A stretch of DNA of 64,000 nt from an uncultured delta proteobacterium (lineage in GTDB: Bacteria > Desulfobacterota > Desulfomonilia > UBA1062). A program made the translations under genes and the position numbers. The notes beneath the pieces are model-generated. The model was not told where the DNA came from and searched no databases. It saw nothing but the letters and a program-made list of their open reading frames with translations. Where the stretch lies: the NCBI GenBank assembly GCA_963785235.1, contig CAWAUM010000005.1:320001-384000 (forward strand), written 5' to 3'. Of this stretch, positions 11,284 to 22,365 are shown piece by piece. Position 1 is the first letter of the stretch; every line of letters starts with the position of its first letter.

Positions 11284-12295
11284 GTGAAAAAGAGGATTGT
11301 CATCGTTGTCTTCATCGTACTTCTTGTGGGCGTAAGCGCCATGGTTTACTTCGCACAGCAGAGGTCTAAAAATGGTGGAATGTATTACTCCGGCACCATC
11401 GAGGCAATCCAGTCCAACCTCGCCTTCCAGGCGTCGGGGCATGTGAAGATTATCCAGGCCGAAGAGGGCAGGGCCGTTAAAAAAGGACAGGTGCTTGCCG
11501 AACTTGATTCCGCCGAGTATCAGGCACGGTTCGACCAGGCAAAGGCAGGTCTGGATAAGGCAACTATGGCAAAAGAGCAGCTGGAACAGCTCCTGACAAT
11601 TTTTGCAAGCACGCTGCCGGACGATGTCAAGCGGGCCGAGGCCAATGTCTCCGCAGCTCGCAATACTATGCTCGATGCCCGAAAAAACAATGAAAGATTC
11701 CAGCAGCTCTTCAGGCAGGGAGTCATCTCTGAAAAGGAGCGGGATACGCGTGAAACTCGGCTTCGATAATGCCCTGGCAAAGGTCAACGAAAGTGACGCC
11801 GTTTATCAGCAATCAAAGAGCAACCTGAAAAAGATCGACACCACAAAGAAGGATATAGAATCAGCCCAAGCCCAGATCGATTTTGCCAAGGCCACCCTTG
11901 ACCAGGCCCGGATTCAGCTTGGATATACGAAGCTCATAGCCCCGTATGATGGCATCATAACGAGCAGAAATGTGGAACCCGGCGAGGTGGTGAGCCCGGG
12001 CAGGGAGGTCCTCACGCTGTCCGACCTCTCACGCGTGGATCTGAAGATATTTGTTGATGAAACTGAAATTGCCAAGGTAAGACCGGGCCAGAAGGTGGAG
12101 GTGAAGGTGGATACCTTCAAGGACAAGGTCTTTTCAGGCCTGGTATCCTACATATCCCCTGAGGCCGAGTTTACACCCAAGATCATCCAGACAAAGAAGG
12201 AGCGGGTGAAGCTCGTCTACCTGGTTAAGGTTTCTCTCCCGAACCCCGCATTCGAGCTGAAGACAGGGATGCCTGCGGATGCCTACCTCAAGTAA
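11284..12295 (+). CDS. HlyD/YbhG-type membrane fusion protein; frameshift near 11750
   Basis: ORFs 11284-11769 and 11603-12295 supply consecutive halves: N-terminal TM, lipoyl half-motifs, EFTPKIIQT and LKTGMPAD. Confidence 0.87.
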
Positions 12296-13043
12296 CGCTT
12301 TTATCAAGGTTGATATGGCCTCCATGCGCTTCGGGCAGACCGAGGCTGTCAGAGAGGTGAGCCTGGAGGTGGAAAAAGGGAGCATCTTCGGGCTCGTGGG
12401 CTCCGACGGGGCCGGCAAGTCAACACTGCTCAGGATGATCGCCACCATGATAAGGCCCACCTCAGGCAGTATCTTTGTGGGGGGCATCGACGTGGCGGGC
12501 CAGAGGTGGAAGGTGAAACCCCTTATCGGCTACATGCCACAACGCTTCGGGCTCTACCAGGATCTGACTGTTGAGGAGAACATGGATTTCTTCATGGACA
12601 TCTTCGGTGTGCGAGGCAAGGAACGAAAGCTGCGAAAGGAGAAATATCTGGGGTTTTCCAACCTGCTGCCTTATCTCGATCGTCTTGCCGGAAACCTCTC
12701 GGGCGGCATGAAACAGAAACTCGGACTTGCCTGCGTACTCGTGCACGAGCCGGAGGCCCTTATCCTCGATGAGCCCACCAACGGGGTGGACCCGGTGTCG
12801 CGCCAGGAATTCTGGGACATCCTGCTCCAGATGCGGGATCACGGTATGACCATCATGGTCTCCACCGCCTATCTGGATGAGGGAGAGAAGTGCGACCGGC
12901 TGGGCCTCATGCACAAGTCACACCTCCTGACCGTGGCCACGCCCACCGAGATCCGCTCTGAATACGAATCCCTGGAAGATGCCATGATTGCGCGCATCCA
13001 GGCAGTGGATAAGGAACTCATCCATGACACCTTCAAACGATGA
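12279..13043 (+). CDS. ABC exporter ATP-binding protein (YbhF N-half-like)
   Basis: GSDGAGKST, LSGGMKQK, LDEPTNGVDP. Confidence 0.9.
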   Translation: MPTSSNAFIKVDMASMRFGQTEAVREVSLEVEKGSIFGLVGSDGAGKSTLLRMIATMIRPTSGSIFVGGIDVAGQRWKVKPLIGYMPQRFGLYQDLTVEENMDFFMDIFGVRGKERKLRKEKYLGFSNLLPYLDRLAGNLSGGMKQKLGLACVLVHEPEALILDEPTNGVDPVSRQEFWDILLQMRDHGMTIMVSTAYLDEGEKCDRLGLMHKSHLLTVATPTEIRSEYESLEDAMIARIQAVDKELIHDTFKR

Positions 13044-13779
13044 TGTGATCTTTGTCAAAGACCTGGAAAAGCGCTTCGGCGACTTCGTTGCCGTGAACAA
13101 GATCACCTTCACCGTGAAAAAAGGGGAGATCTTCGGATTCCTGGGCAGCAACGGCAGCGGCAAATCCACTACCATACGCATGCTCTGCGGAATCATCACC
13201 CCCACCTCGGGACAGGGTTTTGTGGCAGGACACAACATCATGACCGAGACCGAAGAGGTAAAACATGCAATCGGCTACATGTCACAGAAATTCTCACTGT
13301 ACGAAGACCTCACGCCCTTTGAGAACATCCGGTTTTACCTCGGCCTTTACAGTGTTCCCACTGCCCAATGGAAAGAACGGATGGACTGGGTCCTTACCAT
13401 GGCACAGCTCCATGAGGTGAAGGACCGGCTGACAAAAGAGCTTCCCCAGGGGTGGAGGCAGCGGCTCGCGCTGGGTTGCGCCCTCCTTCACAAACCCGAT
13501 ATCCTGTTCCTCGATGAACCCACGTCCGGGGTGGACCCCATTACCCGCAGGCATTTCTGGGATTTCATCGGTGACATTGCAGGGCAGGGCATTACGGTAT
13601 TCGTCACCACGCATTACATGGATGAGGCGCTCAACTGCGGCCGTATCGTCATGATCAATCTCGGCAACATCGTAGCCCAGGGGAGCCCTGCACAGATCGT
13701 TTCGGAAATATGTCCGGACAAGCCGGATGCGGACCTCAACGATGCCTTCATCACGCTCATGTCAAGGGGGCAGCAATGA
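13024..13779 (+). CDS. ABC exporter ATP-binding protein (YbhF C-half-like)
   Basis: GSNGSGKST, LPQGWRQR, LDEPTSGVDP, TTHYMDEA; AAGGA RBS before ATG 13024. Confidence 0.9.
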   Translation: MTPSNDDVIFVKDLEKRFGDFVAVNKITFTVKKGEIFGFLGSNGSGKSTTIRMLCGIITPTSGQGFVAGHNIMTETEEVKHAIGYMSQKFSLYEDLTPFENIRFYLGLYSVPTAQWKERMDWVLTMAQLHEVKDRLTKELPQGWRQRLALGCALLHKPDILFLDEPTSGVDPITRRHFWDFIGDIAGQGITVFVTTHYMDEALNCGRIVMINLGNIVAQGSPAQIVSEICPDKPDADLNDAFITLMSRGQQ

Positions 13780-14910
13780 ACCCGCGCAAGATCAATGCAG
13801 TCATGCGCAAAGAGTTCGTCCATCTCATCAGGGACCCCCGCAGTCTTATCCTTGCCTTCATCATCCCCTTGAGCCTGATCCTGCTGTTCGGCTATGCCCT
13901 GAGCCTGGACGTGGACAACGTGGAAACCGTTGTGGTGGATTATGACCGCACCGACATGAGCCGCGACCTCATAGAACACTTTGACGCCTCGGTATATTTC
14001 CGGGTAAAGGCCTATGCCCGCGATGTAAAAGAAGTTACCGAATATCTCGATCATGGCTCTACTGCGCTCGGCATCGTCATACCGCCGGGCTATGCCCGCA
14101 AGATAAAATCTGATCAGGGCTCGCCCATCCAGGTCCTCATGGACGGCAGTGACCCGAACTTTTCCAACATGGCCCGGGGCTATGTCAATGCCTTTGTTGC
14201 CGGGTACAACCAGAAGCTCCTGCTGAGCTTCCTGAACAGGAACAGCCTGGAAAGGATGAACCCGCCGGTGGAAGGCCGCGTCAGGGTGTGGTTCAACGAG
14301 GACCTGGAGAGTAAAAAATTCATTATCCCGGGTCTCATCGCGGTCATCATCATGATTGCCGGGGCCATGCTCACCTCGCTGGTCATTGCGCGCGAGTATG
14401 AGAACGGGACCATGGAGACCATCAAATCACTGCCGCTTTCCGCGCTGGAACTGCTCGTGGGCAAGTCCATCCCCTACTTCTTCATAGCGCTGACAAATGT
14501 ATTCATATCCGTGCTGTTAGGCCAGGTGCTCTTTGGCGTGGTCATGAAGGCGGGTTTCTGGCTCATGATCTTTGGTTCATCTCTGTATATCTTCGTGGCC
14601 CTTACCCTGGGGCTTCTCATATCCACCGTTACAAAGTCACAGCTCATGGCAAACCAGGGGGCAATACTGCTCACCTATCTGCCGTCCCTCATGCTGTCGA
14701 ACTTCGTGTTCCCGATCACGAACATGCCCGCAGTGCTCCAGGCCTTCAGTTATATCGTGCCTGCCACCTATTATATCGATATCTTGAGCGGCATCTATCT
14801 GAAGAACCTTGGAGTTCACCCAGCTCTGGGGGGATTTTGCCGTGCTTTCGCTCATGTTCATCGTTCTGGCGGCATTGAATGTGAGGCTGCTCAAAAAGGA
14901 GGGTCTATGA
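13776..14910 (+). CDS. ABC-2 permease (YbhS-like); frameshift near 14812 artificially fuses it to the next gene
   Basis: RKEFVHLIRDPRSL and AREYENGTME motifs. The shifted frame gives FTQLWGDFAVLSLMFIVLAALNVRLLKKEGL*, with an ATGA overlap at 14907-14910. Confidence 0.85.
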
Positions 14911-16028
14911 GCTGGATGAGGATCAGGGAGCTGGTGCGCAAGGAGTTCATCATCCTGTTCCGGGATGAAAAGAACAGGCGTGTACTCATCATTGCGCCCA
15001 TAATCCAGATCCTCATATTCGGCTATGTGGTGAATTACGACATCAAGGACATCAGGGTGGCCGTGATGGACCAGGCACACACGAGCGAGAGCAGAAGTCT
15101 CATCAAAACCGTCGCCGGCAACAAGACCTTCAACATCACCAGTTACCCCGAAGACCCCAGGGGCCTCGAACAGCTGCTCCTTAAGGGCAAGGTGGACATC
15201 GGCATCAAGATCGCGCCCGACATGACGAGCCGTATCAGAAAGGGCAAGACCGCAGACATCCAGATCTTAGCGGACGGCAGCATGAGCAATATGGCATCTG
15301 TCAGGATCGCCTATACCCTTATGGTGCTGGACACCTATAACCAGAACATGATCAAGGAGCTCAAGGGGCAAAGCCTGGATTACGGCCATATCGATGCCCG
15401 CATCAGGGCCTGGTATAACCCCAACATGGACAGCAAGAACTTCTTTGTCCCGGCCATCGTTGCCTTTGTGGTCATGCTCCTTTCATTGCTGCTCACCTCC
15501 ATTGCCGTGATCAGGGAAAAGGAGACAGGCACCCTGGAACAGCTCATTGTCACCCCCTTGAAACCCATAGAGATGATCATGGGAAAGACGATTCCCTATG
15601 TAGTCATATCCCTTGTCCAGATGATCGTGGTCACCATCCTGGCCAAATTCTGGTTCGATGTACCCATAGTCGGAAGCTTGCCGCTGCTGTTTTTTGCAAC
15701 CTGCCTTTTCCTGTTGAGCACCCTCGGGGTAGGGCTGTTCATATCAACCGTGTCATCCACCCAGCAGCAGGCCATGATGACAACCTTTTTCTTTATCCTG
15801 CCGTTTTTCATGCTTTCGGGATTTGTCTTCCCCATCGCCAATATGCCCGTGGTGGTGCAGTGGCTGTCTTATCTGAACCCGTTGAGGTTCTTTCTGGTAA
15901 TCCTCAGGGGAATATTCCTCAAGGGTGTGGGATTTCACGTGCTGTGGCCGCAGTTCCTGGCGCTTACAATTCTGGGAATTGTCCTGTTTGCCGGGGCCAT
16001 AAGCAGAATCCAGAAGAGGCTGGATTAG
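14907..16028 (+). CDS. ABC-2 permease (YbhR-like)
   Basis: MSWMRIRELVRKEF, REKETGTLEQL, LSGFVFPIANMP; AGGAGG RBS. Confidence 0.88.
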   Translation: MSWMRIRELVRKEFIILFRDEKNRRVLIIAPIIQILIFGYVVNYDIKDIRVAVMDQAHTSESRSLIKTVAGNKTFNITSYPEDPRGLEQLLLKGKVDIGIKIAPDMTSRIRKGKTADIQILADGSMSNMASVRIAYTLMVLDTYNQNMIKELKGQSLDYGHIDARIRAWYNPNMDSKNFFVPAIVAFVVMLLSLLLTSIAVIREKETGTLEQLIVTPLKPIEMIMGKTIPYVVISLVQMIVVTILAKFWFDVPIVGSLPLLFFATCLFLLSTLGVGLFISTVSSTQQQAMMTTFFFILPFFMLSGFVFPIANMPVVVQWLSYLNPLRFFLVILRGIFLKGVGFHVLWPQFLALTILGIVLFAGAISRIQKRLD

Positions 16029-16168
16029 TACTAAATTTTTACAAAATGCCTTATCTGAGAGTTATTGCACGGAGCCGGACATAAGTCGGTTATCAGAATG
16101 ATTCTTAAAGAGGGGAATGACAGAAGACAGAAATGGGGTTACCCTGGAAAACAACAGGAGAGTTCCAG

Positions 16169-16834
16169 ATGAATATCACCCTACTGAAATTGATTTATCG
16201 ACCAGTGACAAGTCAGGCGGCCCGCACAGGTCTGATAGGCCGCAATCGAGATCGCCACAACCCTGACAAGGGCCGGTTCACCCGTGCAGAAGTGGATGAT
16301 ATCCTAAAGCAGGTTTGGCTGACTTACGACCATCTAGCACCTCTTGTTCCGCAAGAGACTACACTTGGCAATCGAATGGTTATGTTGCTCTCTTGTGTGA
16401 CACTCGCTTGTTTCCGGGTTTTACTGGTGGCCGGCACTGAAAGGCACTATGCAATAGAACTCATTGGAGACGTGGCCTGGAAAGTATACGCAAAATTCGG
16501 GCGTCTCCCGGTGTTCGTTGCAGGGTTATTGACTCGCGATCCTCGTGAACGACTTCGGATGTCAGTAAATACGTTCTCGCGTTTTCCTTTCACGCCGCCA
16601 GGCTATGTTGAAAAGCGTCTACCGAGTAGTGATGGAATATCAATGGATATGCTAAGGTGTCCTGTTGCAGAGTATTTCCGCAAGCAAGATGCGTCAGACC
16701 TATGCATAGGAACATGGTGTAACCTGGATTATGCCCTTGCCGAAATGTGGGGTGGTTGGCTTGAGCGAACCGAAACTCTAGCAGCAGGATATGCACGTTG
16801 CAATTTTCGCTTCAAGGCGAAGGTAGGGGAATAG
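16169..16834 (+). CDS. L-2-amino-thiazoline-4-carboxylic acid hydrolase-like (ATC hydrolase/4VR family) protein
   Basis: C-terminal pattern RCPVAEYF...WCNLDY...LERTETLAAGYARCNFRF; AGGAG RBS before 16169. Confidence 0.7.
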   Translation: MNITLLKLIYRPVTSQAARTGLIGRNRDRHNPDKGRFTRAEVDDILKQVWLTYDHLAPLVPQETTLGNRMVMLLSCVTLACFRVLLVAGTERHYAIELIGDVAWKVYAKFGRLPVFVAGLLTRDPRERLRMSVNTFSRFPFTPPGYVEKRLPSSDGISMDMLRCPVAEYFRKQDASDLCIGTWCNLDYALAEMWGGWLERTETLAAGYARCNFRFKAKVGE

Positions 16835-17142
16835 AGACGATGTTTACAAGAGCCGAACAAGTCTCTCAAACGGAACATGTTTTTCATTGTGCCCAGACGG
16901 CTCATAATGATTACAAGATGACTTTATCCATCTGACCGCAATTGCTTATTTTTTTTAATATTTATTTTCAATAAATTGTTTTTTGATAACTTGCACGTAT
17001 TACCTAAGAGATAGCAGCATGGATCCGACACAGTAGTGCTACAAGTATTGCACCACTATCCATATGACGTTGTTCATAGAGAATAAGACAACATTGATCC
17101 GGCGCAAAATCATGGCTCTGGTCGCTCAATTCTATTTCGAAT

Positions 17143-17706
17143 CTATTTCGAAGATCGTGTGTCCAAGGCCGTAGACACCTCCAAGGCATCCACTAACCTG
17201 GTATATTTTTCGTGGATCATGTTTCTGTCGAATTCATTAAATTCGCTCAACATTGCCTCCTGTTCATCTTTTGAAAAGTAGTCCAGTACGGGGAAGAAAA
17301 AGTGTTTATCCTCCTTCTCAATGTGCCTGGGGTAAAACTCACAAAGTTCTTTGAGACACGCAATGACATCCTGCACTGCAGCCTTGTTTCCCTTCAGAAA
17401 CATTTCCTTGGCTTCAATTAATTTTCCAACTACTTTTCGGGCATGTTTGTGCTCTTCCACCAGTTCATCCATAATCTTTGCATGCACGGCAGTGAGCTGC
17501 TTTTTGGCAAGATCCCGGAAAAGTATGTCCTCTTCTTTGCCATGGTGTGTCCGGTCTGCATATATCCGGATGAAGTCAATGGCATTATCGATAAAGACCG
17601 GATCAATGGAATTTTCTTTACGGATTTTTGTAATCTGCTCATCAAAAAGGAGGAGCAGGCGCTCAATGAGCCTGTGTTCCCACATCAAAGGGCCGATTGG
17701 TTTCAT
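17143..17706 (-). CDS. Hemerythrin/HHE cation-binding domain protein
   Basis: LMWEHRLI, HHGKEEDILF, EEHKHAR, HIEKEDKHFF; likely start MKPIGP at 17706. Confidence 0.88.
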   Translation of the reverse strand: MKPIGPLMWEHRLIERLLLLFDEQITKIRKENSIDPVFIDNAIDFIRIYADRTHHGKEEDILFRDLAKKQLTAVHAKIMDELVEEHKHARKVVGKLIEAKEMFLKGNKAAVQDVIACLKELCEFYPRHIEKEDKHFFFPVLDYFSKDEQEAMLSEFNEFDRNMIHEKYTRLVDALEVSTALDTRSSK

Positions 17707-17846
17707 GTCATCATTTCCCTCGTGCTGCTGTTTGAAGATATAAAACAGCACCAGCATGGTCAGATTAACCTGATAACTTAAGCGGCATCCGGAGGTCCGG
17801 TCAGAATGAAATCTGATCCGATCCTTCCGCATGCCCTTTTGTCAAG

Positions 17847-18296
17847 CTATTCCCTCACTACCATAACAGGGGATTTTGCAGCGCGGACCACCTTATCGGT
17901 AACACTACCGATGAGGTGTTTCATAATCCCTTTTTTCCCATGGGTCCCAATAATGATAAGGTCGGTCCCTGTTCTCAGTTGCTCCGACAATATCACTTCT
18001 GCCGGCGTTCCTGTCTTGAGGTCATAATCGATCTCAACATGCCTCGATCCTTTCAAGGCCGTGGCTTCATCCACAAGTCTCTGTGTGGATCTTCTGGTAG
18101 TTTCTTCTTCAAGTTTGCCCACGTCTTCATCTTTGAGGCAATAATCCGCTGCACACTGTTGTACTTTCTCATCAATAACATGTAGGAGAATTACCTTCGC
18201 ATTATATTTTTCAGCCATATCAACAGCCTTTTCCAATGCCCTGTCAGATGATTCTGAAAAGTCTGTAGGTACAAGTATTGTTTTGGGAGTAAACAT
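17847..18296 (-). CDS. Universal stress protein
   Basis: ILVPTDFSESS and DLIIIGTHGKKG...GSVTDKVVR. Confidence 0.92.
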   Translation of the reverse strand: MFTPKTILVPTDFSESSDRALEKAVDMAEKYNAKVILLHVIDEKVQQCAADYCLKDEDVGKLEEETTRRSTQRLVDEATALKGSRHVEIDYDLKTGTPAEVILSEQLRTGTDLIIIGTHGKKGIMKHLIGSVTDKVVRAAKSPVMVVRE

Positions 18297-18581
18297 AACC
18301 TTTCTCCTTTTTATCTGAGGATTTTTTTAATATCCTCGCATGTAAGGGCCATTAATCTGTCTCCAACCGTTCCTTTCACTTAAATATCTTAGCAATTTAG
18401 AGATGTTCTTAAACTGATATTCGGTTCATCAAATATGCCGGTCCAGTTGTGAAACTTTATATTAATAACAGAATTCTTTAAGGCAAGAGTCAGGAAAAAC
18501 TTCCTTGCAATCTGAATGCGCAAGGTTATTATGACCTATTAGATTATTTAAAGAGATAGTAATTCATTTAAGGGGTGTACC

Positions 18582-19148
18582 ATGGAATTCAGAGAGCTGT
18601 TGAAAAAGAGGCGGGCAATAAGGGAATTTGAGGATAGGCAGGTCGCAGTCCATCTCATCACAGAGATCATCCATGACAGCATACTGGCCCCCAATGCCAG
18701 TAATGCTCAGCCCTGGGCCTTTATCGTGATTAACAACAAGGGCATGATGAAAAGGATCTCGGATGAAAGCAAGAAGAACATACTCAAGGAACTGGAAGTC
18801 AACCCGCTGCCAAACCTGGTGGGCTATAAGCCCATACTGGAGAATCCTGAGTTTAACGTATTCTACAATGCCCCTTGTGTCATCTATATCATCGGTTTGA
18901 ATGACAAGCGCACTGCAACGGTTGATTGCGCACTGGCAGCCGCTTATTTCATGCTTTCAGCTGCGGATCGCGGTCTAGGAACATGCTGGATAGACCTGGG
19001 TTCTGCAATAAAAGACCCTGTCTTGAAAAAGGATATTGGCCTGAGCGAAGAATACAGAATCGTTGCCACCCTGGCACTGGGCTACCCGGTTAGGATACCC
19101 GGCACGACGCCGAGGAACGAGCCGAACATACTCAAGGTTGTGGAATAG
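18582..19148 (+). CDS. Nitroreductase family protein
   Basis: RRAIREF, APNASNAQPW, GLGTCWI. Confidence 0.9.
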   Translation: MEFRELLKKRRAIREFEDRQVAVHLITEIIHDSILAPNASNAQPWAFIVINNKGMMKRISDESKKNILKELEVNPLPNLVGYKPILENPEFNVFYNAPCVIYIIGLNDKRTATVDCALAAAYFMLSAADRGLGTCWIDLGSAIKDPVLKKDIGLSEEYRIVATLALGYPVRIPGTTPRNEPNILKVVE

Positions 19149-19177
19149 GCATCGTAACCCGGATTTCTTTAAATAGG

Positions 19178-19263
19178 TCCGTTAAAAACCTGCATCTCGC
19201 AGCCTTGAAGGTCCGTTGAGATGAGCATTCTTCAGCGGCTGCGAGATGCAGGTTTTTAACGGA
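19178..19263. repeat. Perfect 27-bp inverted repeat (MITE/REP-like palindrome) between convergent genes
   Basis: TCCGTTAAAAACCTGCATCTCGCAGCC (19178-19204) is the exact reverse complement of 19237-19263; 32-nt spacer with inner TGAAG/CTTCA pairing. Confidence 0.85.
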
Positions 19264-19306
19264 TCAAGTTTTTACGCATCTAAAGCACAAAATTTGGATT
19301 TAATAT

Positions 19307-20284
19307 TTATTGTTTGCCTCTCCCGAATTCCTTCAGCAAACGGGTGCGGTCTTCGATGGAGAGGAGGCAGTTGTCCGTGCATTCATCGTCACACCTTCCG
19401 TCGCACGGTTCCACATGGATGGTTACATTCGAATAAGGGAACCGGTCATATATCATGCGGGTAATATCATCCGTGATGCTGTGCGACTTTTCAACGCTCA
19501 TCAGTGGGTCTACAAGCATGTGAAATTCAATGAAACGGATGTGTCCCGCCTTCCTGGTTTTCAGTTTATGATATCCGTGCACATCGGGGTGCATGCTCGT
19601 AATAAGTTCCCTGATCAAAGTCCTCTCAGCCGCTGGTAAGGTGTGGTCCAGAAGGTCTTTTGCAGACTGCATGGTAAGTTCCCATGCTGCATGGATAATG
19701 AGCAGGGCCACAGCGATAGCGGCAATGGGGTCGATCCAGTTCAGTGAAACCCCGGGCATGATACGTCCGCCGATCCATATAAGGAAAAGGCCGGCCATGA
19801 CACCCGCAGATGTGTAGACATCGGTTCTCAAATGCCATGCATCAGCCTTTAACGCCACGGAATCTGTTTTGTTTCCGATTGCAAAAAGCCTCTCCGAGAC
19901 TAATATATTTATAATACAGGATATAAGCATGACTCCGACACCCCATGAGGCTGCTTCGAGGGGTTGCGGGTTCATGAGTCTTTTTATGGCTTCATAGATG
20001 ATCCAACCTGCAGCTAAAAAGATCAGAAGCGCCTCTATCGCCCCTGAGATATTCTCTATCTTTCCATGACCAAAGGGATGTTCCCTGTCAGCAGGTTTAC
20101 CTGAATTCGACACGGATATATAGGCTATTACTGAAGCGATCAGGTCAACACCCGAGTGGATTGCCTCTGATATGATGGATACGGCCCCTATCATTATTCC
20201 CACAATGACCTTCATGATGATCAGCGAAGTATTAGAAAGTATTGATAATCGGGCAACAGTTATCTTTTCTGTTATATTTTCCAT
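19307..20284 (-). CDS. Cation diffusion facilitator (FieF-like) transporter
   Basis: SEAIHSGVD, HPFGHGKIE, ADAWHLRTD, IHVEP; Cys-rich tail. Confidence 0.92.
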   Translation of the reverse strand: MENITEKITVARLSILSNTSLIIMKVIVGIMIGAVSIISEAIHSGVDLIASVIAYISVSNSGKPADREHPFGHGKIENISGAIEALLIFLAAGWIIYEAIKRLMNPQPLEAASWGVGVMLISCIINILVSERLFAIGNKTDSVALKADAWHLRTDVYTSAGVMAGLFLIWIGGRIMPGVSLNWIDPIAAIAVALLIIHAAWELTMQSAKDLLDHTLPAAERTLIRELITSMHPDVHGYHKLKTRKAGHIRFIEFHMLVDPLMSVEKSHSITDDITRMIYDRFPYSNVTIHVEPCDGRCDDECTDNCLLSIEDRTRLLKEFGRGKQ

Positions 20285-20447
20285 CAGGCCGTCCTGAAAG
20301 GGTATAGTCGATTAAGGGTTTTTATATACCAGATATAAGTTGGCAGTGACTAGTGACTTATCAGGTATTACATTTATTACCCTTGAATATTCTCCCTGCA
20401 TTTAGTACGCATTGTGCGAATGAAGTTTTTTATATGAGGAGAAAATC

Positions 20448-21783
20448 ATGAAAAGCTCAAGAACGACTATCCAGGTTCTGCTTCTGTGCATACTCGTCGG
20501 CTCGATCATTGGGGCCGGATTTTATTATCTCGAATGGGAGAAGCCTAAGATCAGCCTGGATAAATCATTTACAACTATTGGAAAGTTTAAGGATATCACC
20601 ATCACCATGCAGGATAATCGAAGCGGCATCAGAAATTTCAAGGTGACCATTGTCCAAAATAAGCATGAGTTTGAAGTGGCATCCGAACAGATACCTGTTA
20701 AAGGTACTTTTGAAAAGACCGTGGCAGTGAAGATCGTTCCCAAGGATCTCAGGATAAAAGACGGAGAGGCGGTCTTCATCGTGCGGGCCGTTGACTTTTC
20801 ACCTTTGCGCAATACCACGGAACAACAGACCAAGATTACCATTGATTCCATACCGCCTCGGATTACGCTTCTGTCAAGTGCACACAATATCAATCCCGGC
20901 GGTACCTGCCTGAGCCTCTATCGCGTTACTAAGGCAGTGCAGACAAGCGGTGTCAAGTGCGGCGATAAATTTTTTCCCGGCTACCTCGTTCAGGGGCAGG
21001 GTAAACCGTATTATGTGTGCTATTTTGCCATACCCCGCGATGTGAGCAGAACTACGACCATGGCTGTCACGGCTCAGGACAAGGGCGGCAATCAGGCCAT
21101 TGCGGGTATTCCCTTCTACATCCGCAGCGTAAGGCCTTTCAGAAGTGACACGGTTACAGTCAGTGATGCCTTTATTCAGCAGAAGGCTGTAGAATTTCAG
21201 GAACAGGATTCAAGCCTTGCAGGGAAATCCCCTGAAGAAGTCTTTGCTTATGTCAATACCAGTATTCGTGCGGAAAATGACAAGAAGACTCAGGCGATAT
21301 GCGCGAAAACCAGCGCCAAGCAGTTCTGGCAGGGCACATTCCTGCGATCTGAAAAATTCCGCCCCCAAGGCGCTTTTCGGTGATGAGCGAACGTATGTTT
21401 ACCAGGGAAGGCCCCTCGGAAACAGCATCCATCTCGGTGTGGACCTCGCATCCACATCCCAGGCTCCTATAGAGGCTGCTAATAACGGGGTTGTCCTGTT
21501 TGCCGACGTCATGGGCATCTACGGGAATTCAGTGATCATCGACCATGGCCAGGGGATCTCCACCGAATACGGCCACATGAGCTCCATTGCGGTAAAGGAA
21601 GGCCAGCAGGTCACCAAGGGGCAGATCATCGGCAATACAGGGCTGACCGGCTTTGCAGGTGGCGACCATCTGCATTTCAGCCTGCTCGTGGGCGGTGTCT
21701 TTGTCGATCCGAAGGAGTGGTGGGACCCGCACTGGATAAAAGACAATGTGGAGAAGAAATTCGAACTCGCAAAGAATTTATGA
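20448..21783 (+). CDS. M23 family metallopeptidase with N-terminal TM; frameshift near 21348
   Basis: ORF 20448-21383 continues in 21217-21783, which carries HLGVD, IYGN, YGH and HLHF motifs; removing one base gives FLRLKNSAPKALFGD. Confidence 0.85.
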
Positions 21784-21900
21784 TCCGGCGGCCGCAAGTG
21801 ATCTGCGATTCTCAGAGAAGCTGCCTCACCAAAACGAGGGCGGCGTGACTTGCCAATATATGGTAGTACATTATGTAAAGGAATGCTCGGAGGAAATTTA

Positions 21901-22365
21901 ATGGATAACCTTAAAAGAGGAGACAAGGCCCCGGATTTTGCGCTCTTTGACCAGAACGGAAACATCATGAAGCTCGCCGATTTCAAAGATAAAAAAAAGA
22001 TCTTGCTCTATTTCTATCCCAAGGCGCTCACAGCAGGATGCACCTCCCAGGCTCGGGAGGTCAGCGCAGCAAGGAAATCGTTGGCTGATCTGGGTGTAGA
22101 GGCTATCGGTATAAGCACGGATAAGCCTGAGGTTCTCAAAAAGTTTGATAACAACCTCGAGCTTAACTTTCCGCTCCTGTCCGACGCGGATCACAGTGTG
22201 GCAGAGGCCTATGGTGTCTGGGGCGAGAAGAGCATTTATGGCAAGAATCTCCATGGTATAATCCGTTCCTCATTTCTGATTGATGAAAACGGACAGATCA
22301 TTCAGGCCTGGTACAAGGTGAGCCCAAAAGATACCGTGCCTAAGGCGCTGCAGGAGCTAAAATAA
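21901..22365 (+). CDS. bcp: Peroxiredoxin Bcp/PrxQ
   Basis: YFYPKALTAGCT (PxxxTxxC), WGEKSIYGK, IRSSFLID; GGAGG RBS before 21901. Confidence 0.88.
   Translation: MDNLKRGDKAPDFALFDQNGNIMKLADFKDKKKILLYFYPKALTAGCTSQAREVSAARKSLADLGVEAIGISTDKPEVLKKFDNNLELNFPLLSDADHSVAEAYGVWGEKSIYGKNLHGIIRSSFLIDENGQIIQAWYKVSPKDTVPKALQELK

Noticed and set aside
12279-13779. Split YbhF ATPase as another assembly error
   Set aside because: Each half is a complete NBD and the second has its own RBS and ATG; two-gene forms are plausible.
13710-16028. 772-aa double ABC-2 permease fusion in the ORF track
   Set aside because: An extra base near 14812 bypasses the first permease's last TM helix and stop. The alternative frame ends with an ATGA overlap and RBS at 14907, so these are two genes.
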